Source: Macrostomum lignano (lineage: Eukaryota). Taken from it: a stretch of DNA of 64,000 bases. Both the position numbers and the translations under genes were made by a program. Numbering within the stretch: the first letter of the stretch is position 1; the number at the start of each line of letters is the position of its first letter. Location: assembly GCA_002269645.1 (NCBI GenBank), contig NIVC01000990.1, forward strand, positions 1-64,000, given 5' to 3'. The notes below the pieces were generated by a model. It searched no databases. It had not been told where the DNA came from and saw nothing but the letters and a program-made list of their open reading frames with translations. This document shows positions 1 through 40,913 of this stretch, in pieces.

Positions 1-140
1 CAACCGGCGAGAGACATTAGTGAGAGGCATTACTACCCATTCCGCCGACTCCTTTGAGCAGGCACACGAGCGCGCGGATACATACGCAGTCATACGTGCA
101 GGAATACGCACACAGGAGTGTACAGCGGCCTGAACTCTAT
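1..140. repeat. Dispersed repeat fragment, homologous to ~8782-8905
   Basis: Shared agaggcattact.cccattccgccgactcc..tgagcaggcacac.agcgcg.ggatac...cacaggagtg.acag. Confidence 0.7.
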
Positions 141-284
141 AGTTAGGCATGTACACTTTACTGTGCCTTGGTGGCGATAAATGCTAGAAAAATCTAAAAA
201 AACTGAGAGACACATGAGAGACAGAAACAACTGCAAGGTTGCTTTCTTGTCGGTCTCCTGTAGCATTTGAAGCTCGACGATAAT

Positions 285-805
285 GATGTTAGACAGGTAG
301 TTGACGAACGCATCTCGATAGCGGGTGGACGTTGGCCGGTACGTCAGCGATGGTGAATACGAGCTGCTGGTCCAAGCTGAGCAGGTAGATCGTGCAGGAC
401 GCTTTGGCTGAGTACTTGGAATCGGATGCGGTCACATTGAAGTAGAGCGAGCCCGCCATGCTGTCTTGGAAGTAGGTTCGCTCCCCTGTCTTGAGCACGC
501 CAGTTCGATTGTCTAACGCGAACACGTTCGCGTAGATGCCGCGCTCCTCCAGCTGTAAAGTCAGCTGGCTGGTGCTGGCCAGCACTGGGGTGATGCTGAA
601 TGTCAGCGCGCTGTTGTTGCCAGCGTCCAAGTCGGTGACGAACTCGGCGAAGCTGAACACTGTTGCCAGGTCGATCATTGACGTTAACGCCGCCGTAGTA
701 TTTTGGTGAGCTCCACACCGGCGGGTTGTCGTTGTCGTCGGCAACGTTGACAACCACCTGCGCCATGATCGGGTTGGACGCGTCGAATGACACCGGAGTG
801 TCGTC
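285..805 (-). pseudogene. Frameshifted partial duplicate of cadherin exon 14
   Basis: Near-identical to ~9806-10328 (about 7 substitutions, +1 nt near 327, -2 nt near 665 by eye); lacks both splice sites of the source exon. Confidence 0.88.
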
Positions 806-807
806 CA

Positions 808-990
808 CCCCTCTCTTCTCTCTCCCTTCTCTCCCCTCTTTTTTCTCGCCTTTCTTTTCTCTCTCCTCTCTCCCTCTCTCCTCTCTTTTCTCTCTCCTCT
901 CTCCCCTCTCTCCTCCCTCCCCTCTCTCTTCTCTCCCTTTATTTCTCATCATGTCTTATTTCTTATCTTTTCTATTCCATTTCCTTTCCT
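808..990. repeat. CT-rich polypyrimidine low-complexity tract
   Basis: Almost pure C/T over ~180 bp; produces spurious RE/LS-rich ORFs. Confidence 0.9.
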
Positions 991-1240
991 CTCTCATCTG
1001 GCCCGTAGCCATGAGCTGGATTCTTTAAAAAAAGTTTGCCGACCCCTGCCCTGATCTGTCACTGGGATCTCGGATCCGTTCGACAGCAGATTGAAGCAGT
1101 CAAACCTGTACCAAAAACATCACGCCAAAATGCTCCCAGTATAGCCTTAAATCTCTCGTTTGGCCTTGGGATTTTCCTGGTAAATTTCGGAATTTCCTAT
1201 CACTTCAACCATAGCATATATGCACATTGATCACGACAAT

Positions 1241-1436
1241 GGACCGTATGCAGAAAGCTCTGTCTAGGGTAGTCCGGTCTTGAAAAGCTAGTCTAGACTT
1301 GGATTTGGTATGCAGAAACACTGGTATGCTAGACCAGTCTACTATAGCAGAACTAGGCTAGCTGGACCATAGACTATAGACTGAACTACCCAAGTCCGGA
1401 CTAGCTAGTCTGGACTAGGCTTTCTGCATACGGCCC
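1241..1436. mobile_element. MITE with 18-bp terminal inverted repeats (PIF/Harbinger-like termini)
   Basis: Left GGACCGTATGCAGAAAGC and right GCTTTCTGCATACGGCCC match at 17/18; interior rich in CTAG palindromes; no clean TSD. Confidence 0.65.
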
Positions 1437-1619
1437 AAAATCGAGTGATAGATTCCTACTAGATTGTACACCCATAGACAACCAATTCAAAGTAGGAGAC
1501 TTCTGGCAAGAGCACTTTGGCTGCATAAAAACTCTAACGGGAGCACTCTGGCAGGAGCATCTTGGCATGAGCATTCTGCTTCACATGTCGGTGAATCAGC
1601 TAGCGAATCGTCTGAAAAA

Positions 1620-2065
1620 TAGTCGTTTTAATAATATGGCCGTTTTAACAATACTGTCGTCTCGTCTTAAAAATACTGTACTTTTACGGTTGTAATGATA
1701 CGGTCGTTTTAATAATACTCATTTTAATATTCATGTTCTAATAATAGGGTTTTTTAAATAATACTAGTTTTAATTATACTGTCGTTTTAATAACCGTCGT
1801 TTTACCAATGGCGTTTCAAAATTACTGTCGTATAAGTTAATAACAGTCATTTTAATAATAATTTCCTTTTAACAATCTGATTGTTTTAATAATACTGTCG
1901 TTTTAATAATACTGCCGTTTTAATAATACTGTTATTTTAGTATTAATGTCGTCCTAAGTATAATGTAGTTTTAAAATAATGGTCGTTTAAACAATACGGT
2001 CGTTTCAATAATACAGCTCTTTTAATAATATTGTCGTTTTAATAATACCGTCGTTCTAATATTAA
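1620..2065. repeat. Degenerate AT-rich minisatellite (~17-18 bp, ttttaataatactgtcg)
   Basis: More than 20 imperfect copies visible. Confidence 0.8.
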
Positions 2066-5000
2066 TCAACCGGTCAATCAGCTGTGAATTAAGAAGTAGC
2101 GGAATTGAATTTGCGGAATGGAAATTTCAACCAGAAAAATGATATGCCCCAGGCTCTTTCTATCCCACTTGACAAAATTGGTTGGCAATTGTTAGAACTG
2201 ATTGAAATTTTGTAGAAAGTGTATGCAATGTGTCGATTCTGAATCGCAGTTTGTCTTAATTGGTTGAAACGGATGTGTCACGTTTTGAGTCGTAGTCCCC
2301 AAAGAAGGATGAGTTGAACGATTGGCGGTGTAGCAGTTTGTGTAGCGGTAGCACTGATTAATAGACCGTTGGTTAAATTCGTTGTGGTCTTGGCTTTTAT
2401 ATTTTTCTAAAAAAAGTAATAGAATTACAGAGGATATAACAATATGGGCACTGGCGGCTGCAACAATGAGTTTATGCTTAGATGAGTAGGCGACGGCGGA
2501 TGGCGATGAGGCAATAACGGTGAGCAGCGGTCGTGAGTAGCCAGAAGTGGCGGAGAGTGGCGCTAGCCGTAGTAGAAGTACAAGTGGAATACGGTGTGTA
2601 ACAGGCTGGCCCAGACAGAGGAGCCGTGGCGAGAGATAAGGAGGTTCGAGGCAGCCAGGAGAGAGAGAAGGAAAACAAGAGCCGCGAAGTGAGGAGGCCC
2701 CAGCCCGCCGCCAGGCGGGGGTTAATAAAGAGCGCAAAAGGGGGTAGCATAAAACACGGAGAGTTTTCATTGGCTGGCGAGAGAATTTGAAATTATCGAT
2801 CGTGCTAAAATTTACAGACGAACGCAAGGCCTACCAAATACACAGTGAATTAGCAATTGATACAGATTATTTGCACGCTACTACAAGTAAACGTTAAAAT
2901 AAACTATTGGAGAAATTTAAATGAGAAATTGCAAGGGAAACTACAGTCCAACGGCCCTTTTGCGGGACCACCTTAAACTAGCAACGTCACAGATGCCTCA
3001 CTTGATGGAATAGGTTGGCAGTTGTTGGAACTGATCGACTGTTAGTTGGAAATGTATGCAAACTGTTGAATCTGTATCGTAGTTTGTTGAAACTGGAGGG
3101 AACCTGAAACTTTCACAACCAAAAAGTGTCGAAATCGGATGCCAGAAAGTTAAAATTGGTTGCAGCTAGTACAAAACTGAAAGTGAGAAGGTGTAGACCA
3201 GTCAATGGCACACGAACCTGCGGATATTCCGCGTGTCGAGTCGACACCGTCGATTTCTTTGCCGCGTCAGCGCACTCGTCCTTACAGGTGGTGACCAACA
3301 GACGAGCTGGTGTCGCTTAGCGATCGGCTCAATTGTCTTGGCTATGCACATCGTCTTCTATATCGGGTGCCGTCGGCCAGTCGCGGCAAAATCTGCAATC
3401 CGATGGTTTTATCGACAACGACGACGATGTGCATCTGCAGAGCCAGTGTCAACGAAATCAGGCGCCAGCTGAACGGTATAAACGATCGCCGACGACGTGG
3501 GTATATCGTCAAAAACCGAACCACTGGAACCTCATATCGTGACTACGCAACATCCGATTCCCTGCCAACGAACAGCAGCAGGTACACTGTGACCAGTTTT
3601 CCAATCAACAAGTGCCATCCGAGCATCTGCAACAACAACAGCAGCAGTTGCCGCCTCGCCTGTCCAAATTACAGCCAATGCATGACCAGCCGCCGCAGTA
3701 CCGGCAGCAGCATCAATCGCAACAACCGTCGCAGCCACAATCGCGCCCTCGGCGTGCTCTGCAGCAGCAGGGCCATTTGCCCTCGGTGCGAGACCAGTCG
3801 TACGGAGCGATTTTTATTGGTCTGCGCAACCGGCTCCCCGCGCAAATGTCGGACCTTCTGCAGTTGGCAATGCAATCTATGGCGCTGCCGCCGTCAATCT
3901 AGCACAATTACGTCGTACAGGCTGCTCTAGCTTCTGGGCAGGGCGCAGTCGCCGATACTGCCTCTACCATACCGCGACCTGTTCGGAGATCCGCTCCAAC
4001 TGTCCAACTGCGCATTCTGGCTATTTTAGTCCTTGTTGCTAACCAACGAGTAAATCCTGAGTTTAAATTTTAAAAACGGCATCCCTAATTGTCGTAGGCT
4101 TTCTAGGAACCAAAAACAACTGCTTCCACAGTCGGCCGTCAAGACGACCTTCGCCGCTGCCTGAGCGAGGCGGCCTGGCCGGTGCTAGAGCAGTGCCAGC
4201 GGCGGGAGCGCATCGCCCAGGTGCTCGACGGCCTGCCATTGGCCGCAGTCTGGTGCGGCCTCGTCAACTCGCCGCCTCGGAGACCGCGTCAAACTCGAAG
4301 TCTGGCAGAAGCGGCGGAGTCGGCGGCGGCGGCGGCGGCCTCATCGGTCACGTGGCGTACGCGCTGACGCTGATCTACCTGCCCACTCTGCCTCCGCCGG
4401 TGCCTCTGCAACCAGCTGCTGCCGCCCAGCAACAGCAGTCTGGCACCGTCGGGAAGCCGGCACAATCAGGTGGGCATTGAGTCTTTGTTCCAACCAGTCT
4501 TTATACTTAATGAAAATAATGTCAATCACTGTGCAAAGGCAAAACCAATTCGAATTAAAAAGTCAAGGCCAAACGTAAGAAACAGAATTGAGATTATTTT
4601 GTGTTTGTAACAACCGTTATCATTTGAATTATTTAACAAAAATGTATCGTGCTTATAAAATTGTTCACGTAAAATTCATTCGCGTAATGAAAATTAATTG
4701 AAAGTAATAAATACTTTTATAGCTCGCGCATGTTTGGTGACACAATGTTTTATGTTAGGATTAGTAAAATATAACTTTGTATAAGCATTCCATACAAATC
4801 AGTTTTATATTTCACCTTGAATATACGCGTGCAAAAGCAGCTCGTCTACTTTACAGGCTTGTAAGTAGTATCGCGCGGGCATTATTGTGAGAAAGTTTGA
4901 GGGTAAAACAAACCATATAAAATTTGTGAGTCTCCGATTAACAAACAGGCACTGAAACAAACGCATTCTCGCTCTACTTCTTAGTGATACTACTAGAAGT

Positions 5001-5372
5001 ACTAAATGAACCAATTGATTAGTCAATATCGCATAATGAAGAGTGTTTGACTTGGATCTCAATTTAGTCATGAATTACAAGTCGTTATTGTACCATCTGG
5101 TGCGGATTATATATGAATATTGAAGCATGACGGTATGCACGATTATTTCTCATTCTCATTGTCAGGCATGTCTTGAAGGTTACATATGTAGGCCGAATTG
5201 TCGTCCATCATTGACGCCAGAGACTGCAATAGTTGGACGCGTCACCTCTGACCTGTGAGCTTCACATATTTTACTACTTGGAAGCCCAGAGAGTGGTGAT
5301 ATTGTTTATCTACTAGTTGTAGGCACATAAAAAACTAATACATGTACGTGTGCGTGTGCTTAAAAGAATCTT

Positions 5373-20030
<14,658 letters not shown>

Positions 20031-20859
20031 TTTGAACTCAACTCGTCTTAATCTGGTGCTCAATCGGCGCTGTCACCGACGCAGGAATGTCGGAGAGATG
20101 AGCTATCAAATATACTCTTTGCCCCACCCAAAATATTCTTCTTAAAGTGGCTAAGAAATGCTCGCCCAGTTCTGCCCAGCCAATTAGGCTGTGTGTGTGC
20201 ACTGCTCACACCCGGAGAGAGGTGGGGTATCTCTCTCAATTGGGTGTCTCAACTCTAAACCCTACACAATGAGATTCTTCAGCATTTATATTGTGTGCTC
20301 TCAGTTCCAGTACGATAGTCAGGCCTCCCTTTCATTTTTCACGCATTTTTATAGCCCTTCGTCTCAAAACAGACATTGGAGGTAGCAGGGGGTTGAGATG
20401 CTATTTTTTGTTTATCTTCTCTCTCTCTCTTTCTCTATAAGCTTGCTGAAGGCTCAACGCACGAATTTCAATCTTCATTTTCTCATTTCGTCGCAAGAAA
20501 TTTGAGACCATCATATATAAGCTCGTAGTTAGACTTTGTACTTAACCTCTTGTCACAGGGTCTCGGATAGAATAACTTGACACTATGCTTGCACATTAGT
20601 GATGGGGAGACAGAGAGAGACAGAGGGGTAAATTATAGAAAAGCTGACTTGCTCTTATTATGATAATATAGTTTAGTTAGAGGCCATATTTAGCATCGTA
20701 AATTGTTGTACTCACAGTAGCTGAGCTCACCCACCCCATAGGCTGAAGTAGATGAGCCCACTCGCTGCACAGCTCCATCATCTACCGGTATATCTACTCG
20801 TGTAATTAATTCGTGCTGCGAGAGATTGTGAAGCGATCGAGCCTGATGTGTTGGCAATC

Positions 20860-21285
20860 CTGACACCCTCAATTTAGGCAATCCTGACACCTCCTCCAAT
20901 TTAGGAGATCCTGACACCCCTTTTTTAAGGAAATCCTGACATCCTCGTTTTAAGAGATCTTAGCACTCCATTTACAGAGATCCTGACACCCCACTTTAAG
21001 AGATCCTGACACCCCACTTTAAGAGATCCTGACACCCCACTTTAAGAGATCCTGACACCCCACTTTAAGACACCCCACTTTAAGAGATCCTGACAACCCC
21101 ACTTTAAGAGATCCTGACACCCCACTTTAAGAGATCCTGACACCCCACTTTAAGAGATCCTGACACCCCACTTTAAGAGATCCTGACACCCCACTTTAAG
21201 AGATCCTGACACCCCACTTTAAGAGATCCTGACACCCCACTTTAAGAGATCCTGACACCCCCATTTTAGACACTCCTGACACCCT
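20860..21285. repeat. 23-bp minisatellite (agagatcctgacaccccacttta)n
   Basis: About 12 homogeneous copies plus degenerate flanks. Confidence 0.92.
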
Positions 21286-21918
21286 AGCAAACATTATTTT
21301 GAAGCTCTAAAAGCATGTATGCATGTATATTTCGATTGGATGTCTTAAGAATTGCAGATGAAAAAAAACAAGAAGTTACGAGCGTATCAGCTGATGAGTC
21401 ACGAACAAGAAGCACAAAACTTTCCTAGAAACGCCCTCCTGCAGCGTGAGCTTAGCCGCACACATGAGATCAGACCAGACAAGGGTAAGGGAGAGCCAGT
21501 TCTCATTGCAGTTCAGGTAAAGGCACAGCAGCTCTCAATGCTCAAATTCAACTCCCAGATCTCCCCCCAGTAGCCCACAGCATGTATCGGCCACTTGTGA
21601 ATTTCAGCTCATATAACATTCACTGCAACTCAATTTACCCGTGCACTGCCCCTGACCCTGAGAGTGCCAGCTCTGCACACACTGCCACTGCCACTTGATC
21701 AGCGGCCACAGTTACGGGGCATTTCCACTAAGAGAATTGTTGAAAATGCATAGCATATGAAATATGCATAGGCTGTCTTAGTAACGCTTTCACAACTATC
21801 TGGAGGTGCAATATTATGGCCAATTACAAGTATATTATAAATATACGCTCGTAATAGAAAGATAAGTAAGAGTGCAATTAAAAAAATAAGTATAAGTTCA
21901 TATACCATTATATCATAA

Positions 21919-22131
<213 letters not shown>

Positions 22132-23477
22132 GATAATAGATAAGTGAAAATCTTGGGCTTGGCCATAGACTTCAGACATGTATTTTTTCTGGCGTTTCAC
22201 AATCAAACCCCAAATAAATACGTTTCGGCAGTCTATGGCGGGTCAAATTTGCCAGTACGCTCGTAAATAATCTAACTTTTTGCAAGCCATTTGATGCTAC
22301 GAGCAAGCAATTTAATAACCATGGTGGGAAAACCCTGTGCTAAAAGATAGAAAAACTCACAGAGTCAGACTTACCTCTGACAGCTGTGGGCAAACCTCTC
22401 AGCAGAGCGGTCAGGTAGTAACGGAACCTGGCACCTCTATAAACAACATCTACGCGAAAGAACCTGCAACGCGGACTGCGGCAAGATTTGCGCTAGGCAC
22501 GAACGATTCTATCGGATAGTCGCCTAGACTAGCAGTAATCACTTAAATTGAAGTGCTTGGGAAGAGATGCGGATATGCCGGTGGTTCGGAACTCACCACG
22601 GAGGCAGGAATTTGACCAGCGACTGACTGATTTGACTCCAGAATGTCATCTGATCTGTGTTGATGAAAATAATCCAGGAGGTTTCACCGAATCCTAGACT
22701 GGTTCACCATAAGATCGTGAGCCAGATACTGACTGCCGACCTATTCCGGGTGTTCATCGAGGAGCTGTTCAACTCCGGTGGTCGGTTTCAGTTGTGTTCG
22801 GTTCAGTTTTCTTTCTCAAAATGTTTGTGATTATTGCTTTGTCTCCCCAAATGCAGTGTTTAAAAGCGACACAAGTCTAAATAATTAAATGAGTGCTCGG
22901 ATTATTAGATTGGTTGCTCCAAAGCCCATGGTTTGGACCATAGAGTATACTGAGAAGTCTGTCTTTTAGCGCTGGCTTTCCCCAATGATTATTAAATTGC
23001 TTGCTTTAAATATCAAATGGCTTGCAAAAGCTACAGCACGCATTGAATTTAATCCAAGATACGTTTGCCAAAGTAATGGAGCTTTTGTGTATGGTAGCAA
23101 CAATTACACAGTCTCTATTTTGCAGAAAAAATCGATTCAATGCCCCTATAGTACTTCATCTCATTTTTCTCAAGTACACCATATGCCGTGGTACTGTTTT
23201 ATAGCATAGTGAAGTGTGGAGTCGCCACTGAGTCAGTGAAAACTTGTTAAAATTGCAGCTCCTCCATTCATTCGAGATCGGCGCTAGCGCTAGGACTTAA
23301 TTAGGGCCGTACGACTGACTCTTTAGCATGCTGAGGAAAGGCAGTCACGTATGGCAACCAACAACTACATACGAGGTACATGTAGTAGTGCAGCCAGGTA
23401 AATAAAAAACATGCTATTTTCGGAAATAATTCAGTACGTCTATGACAGTGCAAAGCTTTGGAAAGAGGCGTTGATAG

Positions 23478-26317
<2,840 letters not shown>

Positions 26318-26318
<1 letters not shown>

Positions 26319-26490
26319 CACCAAGAGACAGGGGCGCCGACCACTGAGACAGGGGCGCCCACCAAGAGACAGGGGCGCCCACCAAGAGACAGGGGCGCCG
26401 ACCACTGAGACAGGGGCGCCCACCAAGAGACAGGGGCGCCCATCAAGAGACAGGGGCGCCCATCAAGAGACAGGGGCCCCCGCCAAGACA
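26318..26490. repeat. 21-22 bp minisatellite (ccaccaagagacaggggcgc)n
   Basis: About 7 copies directly after the TCTG array. Confidence 0.9.
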
Positions 26491-26993
26491 CCATAAGTTC
26501 CGAAAGCGCGCCGTTGTAGGTCGAACAAGTGCGGGTGCCAATTACATGTATGTTGGTTGAGAGAATCGGGTTGAATTATGGACATAATTGTTGCAATTAA
26601 AGCCTTTCAATTTACGACTACGAGTTGCAAATTTCTCAGAATACTGTGTTCGTGAATTTAAAACGCATACATGTGTGCCGCTGTTTATTCATCTTAAAAA
26701 ATTCTCTTTGATTTCGCAGCGGGTGCAGTCGGTCATGCGAGCTGCAGCAGCAGCCAGAGCATACCGCAGGGCTGACGCATCCGATCGTAGCGATCTGAGA
26801 CATGCTCGAAAAAACTGGGTCTTTCCGGATTATGCGCAGCGCGGCTCAGCTCATGCGTCAGGGTGTGCACGTAGCTGCAAATGCGCTTGATCGGCTGTAG
26901 GTTGGAATTAATTTTGTGTGCCCGAGGGCTTTCTGGAAGTGCGGCCTTCCAAGCTGAACTGACAACCATTTATTTCATGTACATGCTGTGCTT

Positions 26994-27043
26994 TAGACAG
27001 ACACAGACAGGACACACTAAACAGACAGACAGACAGGACAGAC

Positions 27044-27086
<43 letters not shown>

Positions 27087-27107
27087 TAGACAGACAAACA
27101 GACAGAC

Positions 27108-27164
<57 letters not shown>

Positions 27165-27247
27165 GACAGACAGACAGACAGACAGACAGACCGACAGACA
27201 GACAGAAAGACAGACAGACAGACACTAAGACAGGCAGACAGACACTA

Positions 27248-27280
<33 letters not shown>

Positions 27281-27387
27281 CTAAGACAGGCAGACAGACA
27301 CAGACAGACAGACAGACAGACAGACTAAGACAGGCAGACAGACAGACAGACAGGCAGACAGACAGACAGACAGACACTAAGACAGGC

Positions 27388-27420
<33 letters not shown>

Positions 27421-27781
27421 CTAAGACAGGCAGACAGACAAGACAAAAGAGAATAGACAGATACTGAGACAGACAGACACAGGACAGATAGACAGGCAGA
27501 CAGACAGATAGACAGGCAGACAGACAGACAGGCAGACAGACAGACAGATACAGACAGGACAGATAGACAGGCAGACAGACAGCAGACAGACACTAAGACA
27601 GGCAGACAGACAGACAGACAGACAGGCAGACAGACAGACAGACAGACAGATACAGACAGAACAGACAGGACAGATAGACAGGCAGACAGACAGACAGACA
27701 GACAGATACAGACAGACAGACAGGACAGATAGACAGGCAGACAGACAGACAGACAGACACTAAGACAGGCAGACAGACAGA
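26994..27781. repeat. (CAGA)n microsatellite, inverted relative to the 23478-26318 array
   Basis: Directly visible. Confidence 0.95.
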
Positions 27782-28767
27782 CGGGCGCTCCGGCCCCTAT
27801 CTCTCAGGCCACGGATGCAGGAAAATTTGAACTCCAGTCAGCTTGATTACCTCCAGTAGCATTCATTTTCTGGAGAATTACTGTGGGGGGGGGGGCGATT
27901 GAGAGGGCGTGGCCCTCCCGTTGTGAGCTCTGATCACTGAGCTGCAGTGCCCATTGCTGGCTTCCTTATTGCCGTTTACTAAAAAACTCCATCTCCATTC
28001 CCCCTCGGTTGAGTGGCATTCACTTGAGCCGCAGGCCACGATCTTATAGTGGACAATATAAATAATTAATTAACCAAAAAATGTAACCGAGAGAAGGAAC
28101 CAGCCGTAGTGTAGCAGTGTAGAAGCTTAAGAAACAAGACAACACACAGTTGTAAAAGCGAAATTAGTGGCTTCAACAACGGTAACAGAAAACAGGGAAC
28201 AGCCGGGGGATTTCAGAGTTGCAAGAAGTTGAGGGTGGTTGGCGCGATACTTAATTAAATGTCGCCAATGGCATAAATGTTTTACGAGCACGTAGGAGGG
28301 CACGAAAAAACTGTAATGAAAAATAAGCTTGAAAAATTCTTTTTGGCATGTCTTAGACACTCTACTTAGTAACTTGAATATCAGTAGCAAAATAAGCATT
28401 TTAGGCTAAAATATATTTCTTACTGACAGAATAACTTTAAAACAGTTTTATTTTTAGCCGAGGGCAAGAAGGATAGACCGATACCTTTAATTCTGGATAA
28501 GCTAAGATTAGGAAACAATATATGATTGATGAGGAGTGTAAAGGTATTTGAGAAATTCTAGCTTGCAACACCGAAGGGTGTTTGTACTTGTAATATGTTT
28601 GTGTTTGTGTTTATAATATACAATTCAATACCCTTTACGAGGCGCGTTATAGCTGGCTTAGCCAATCAGAGATGAGTTGAGGAAATGTAAATATACATGT
28701 ATATTTATAAACATATACCCACTTGAATTAAAATAAAACAGTAAAAATGTCTTCATTGCTACTGACA

Positions 28768-38284
<9,517 letters not shown>

Positions 38285-40489
38285 CTAAAATTATAAGTCA
38301 TTTGTATTTATTTAATTTAATAATAAACAAAGCTACAACAAAAATAGTTCAAACATACACTTTCAGGCAATATTCTAAATTATAAAAGTAATCTTATGAT
38401 ATTATAATTAATAATATCATTAAAAACCTAAAAGTCAACCTTTAAATAGACATAAAACATAATATTATTAAATTTATTTATTGCTTTGAAATCTTAATAA
38501 AGAAAATTAAGAATACTTAAATTAAAGGCTAAGAAAATGTTAATATTAAATGATAAATTTCAATTTGTAATGCCTAAAGAATGTGTAAAATGCATATCTA
38601 TTCTAAGTAATAGTTTTGGATTTAAACTTTCAAGTGGAAATATAGATATATAGGATAAATAATTAGTTTAGATAGCTATAGCATTACTAGAAGACAGTAT
38701 TAGGCCCTACTATATACAGCACCATTTAAAGGAACAATTTTTGTAATACATAGCTTGTAATAGCATATAGGCCTATTGCTCTTTGCTCATTAGAAAATGC
38801 ATATTAATTTTGCTGTTGTCAGAAATGCTATTACTCTAAGTCTAACTTCAATTTTGTATTTTATAATTATTTTTACACTCAAAAAGCAAAGTTGTAAAAT
38901 ACCTTTCGTTCGCATGAAAACTTTGGCTTGCGACTCCAAATTTTTATAAGGTCGAATAACACAGATAAATGACTCTGGAAACGAATACTGAAAAAAAGCA
39001 TGCAGTGCTAGCCAATGTGTTTCATTTGATTTAGTCAAACTACATTCTGAAAACTCCACCACAAAAGAAAACATTTTTAGTTTAAATACTGAATAAATGG
39101 AACTGCTAAAGCAAATAAAACTCTGACCCTAATATAACAGCTTTTCAGCAATTAACTGATGAGAACCGGGATTACTCTTGATTAGAATCGAAAACGAAAA
39201 ATCCCAAAGTTTCTTGTAAGCGCGATAAACTGAATTTTCTACTAGTTTTTATGGAAAGTATTATAACGCAATTTTTCATAAATGTTCTTTTTTAAATTTA
39301 TTGAAGTCCATAGGAGCAAACCATTATTAGAAACAAACTAAAGTCAGTAGTATTTTTTAACCTTTTATTATTACACAAATGACGTAAGGGTATATCGAAA
39401 CGGGCATAAAACATACGCTCGAGTATCTACGGCGGACCCAGTGGCACATCAGGTTGCTCCCAACGATGCATAGTAAAAATTCGCTATGTATGCAAACTAT
39501 TAGACCGATATCAAATGAGAAAATGATTAAGACGACCGGCCCTAAATACTGCAGCGTTATCAAGCGCAGGGGCGGATCCAGCAGGCGGGGGCCAAAAGGC
39601 CCATGGCCCCCTTCAGTCGCGGCCCAGTAGTGTTTTTGGTATAGCTGCATATATACATGTATGGCTTTACTCAGATCAATGATTTAAGACATATGTATAT
39701 ATATTATACATATGCACAATAATACATGACTACATGTATTTTAGTACGTTTACATGATATGTACATGTACTAAAATATATACATGTGCACAATAATCCAT
39801 AAATCTTCGCTCTCCCGACTTTTCTAACAATTTATGCAGGCCATAATTAACAATTTACACATTTTCATTACGTACTACTACGTTATAGTACCAACCATGA
39901 CATGCATGTGCATTTTCTTTTGCAATTTGCATGCATTCCCATGTTACAGTGTACGTGTTCGATCTAGGATCATTGCAGTCAAGGACCACTGGAAGTTACC
40001 GTTGTTATGAGTGTTGCGAATCTTGATAGAAAAAACTGTAACTTCTATAGTGGTGATCCATTGATTGCAGTCTTGAACTACATGTACATGTACTCTGTGA
40101 GGCTTTACATGGTCCTTATTTTTACTATTTAAGGACAATTTACTGTACTTCTTAGAGATTTATTTTTGCTAAGTTTCAGCAGCCAGTAACTGAGCCGGTT
40201 TTATTTATTTACGATATTAAGTAATACAGCTGTCACTTGCACCAATATAGTCCGCAAGGACAACTTACGTAACTTCAGTTGTTCGATAGTCCGGAAAAGT
40301 GATCCGACCTCGATCAGTCTCAACTTTTTCTCCTAATTTTTTACAGCTTTTATGATCGTGTATTGCTGTCACTTTTGTCTCCAAAAAGCCTAGGATTTGA
40401 CCCTATGGTTTGAGAGGTCGACCGCGGTGGAGAGGGTTTTGGGGCGGCCTAGAGAGCTCAGCCAATCAGAGTCGAGCTCTAAGTTATCA

Positions 40490-40900
40490 TCTAAATATAC
40501 TAAATCTCTAATATTTGTTTGTATGCTTGTCTTCTAAATATACTAAATCTCTAAGGTTTGTTTGTATGTTTGTCCATAACGCTCTAGAGACTGCAATTCT
40601 TCACCGATTTTGATCGCGTTTTCGCCAAAAGATTTTTAATCAGCCTGGGATTGTATGGTTAAAATTTCTTGTATCTGCTTTAATGCTAAAGGGATTAAAT
40701 ATTCAAAAAACTGTTTCAAATGGGCTTTTTTAATGCAAATTTTATCAGCCAGAAACTTCATTGCCAATTTTAATTGATTGCGCCAGAGCCAACTGATAAG
40801 AAAACTCACTGGGCCCCACTGCCCAGATATAATTACTCTATTTAAATTGCGCGACCATACCAGGGGCAAAAAAATTGCTCTGAATGCTGGGCATATTCTA
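40490..40900 (+). mobile_element. Short non-autonomous Helitron-like element with a duplicated 5' end
   Basis: A|TCTAAATATACTAAATCTCTAA occurs twice, followed by tgtttgtatgtttgtcc; interior homologous to 44617-44760; weak 3' hairpin + CTAA. Confidence 0.55.
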
Positions 40901-40913
40901 AATATCTAATTTA

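Noticed and set aside
39568-39630. CAGGGGCGGATCCAG hAT-like terminus
   Set aside because: No matching opposite TIR or TSD was found nearby; at most a fragment.
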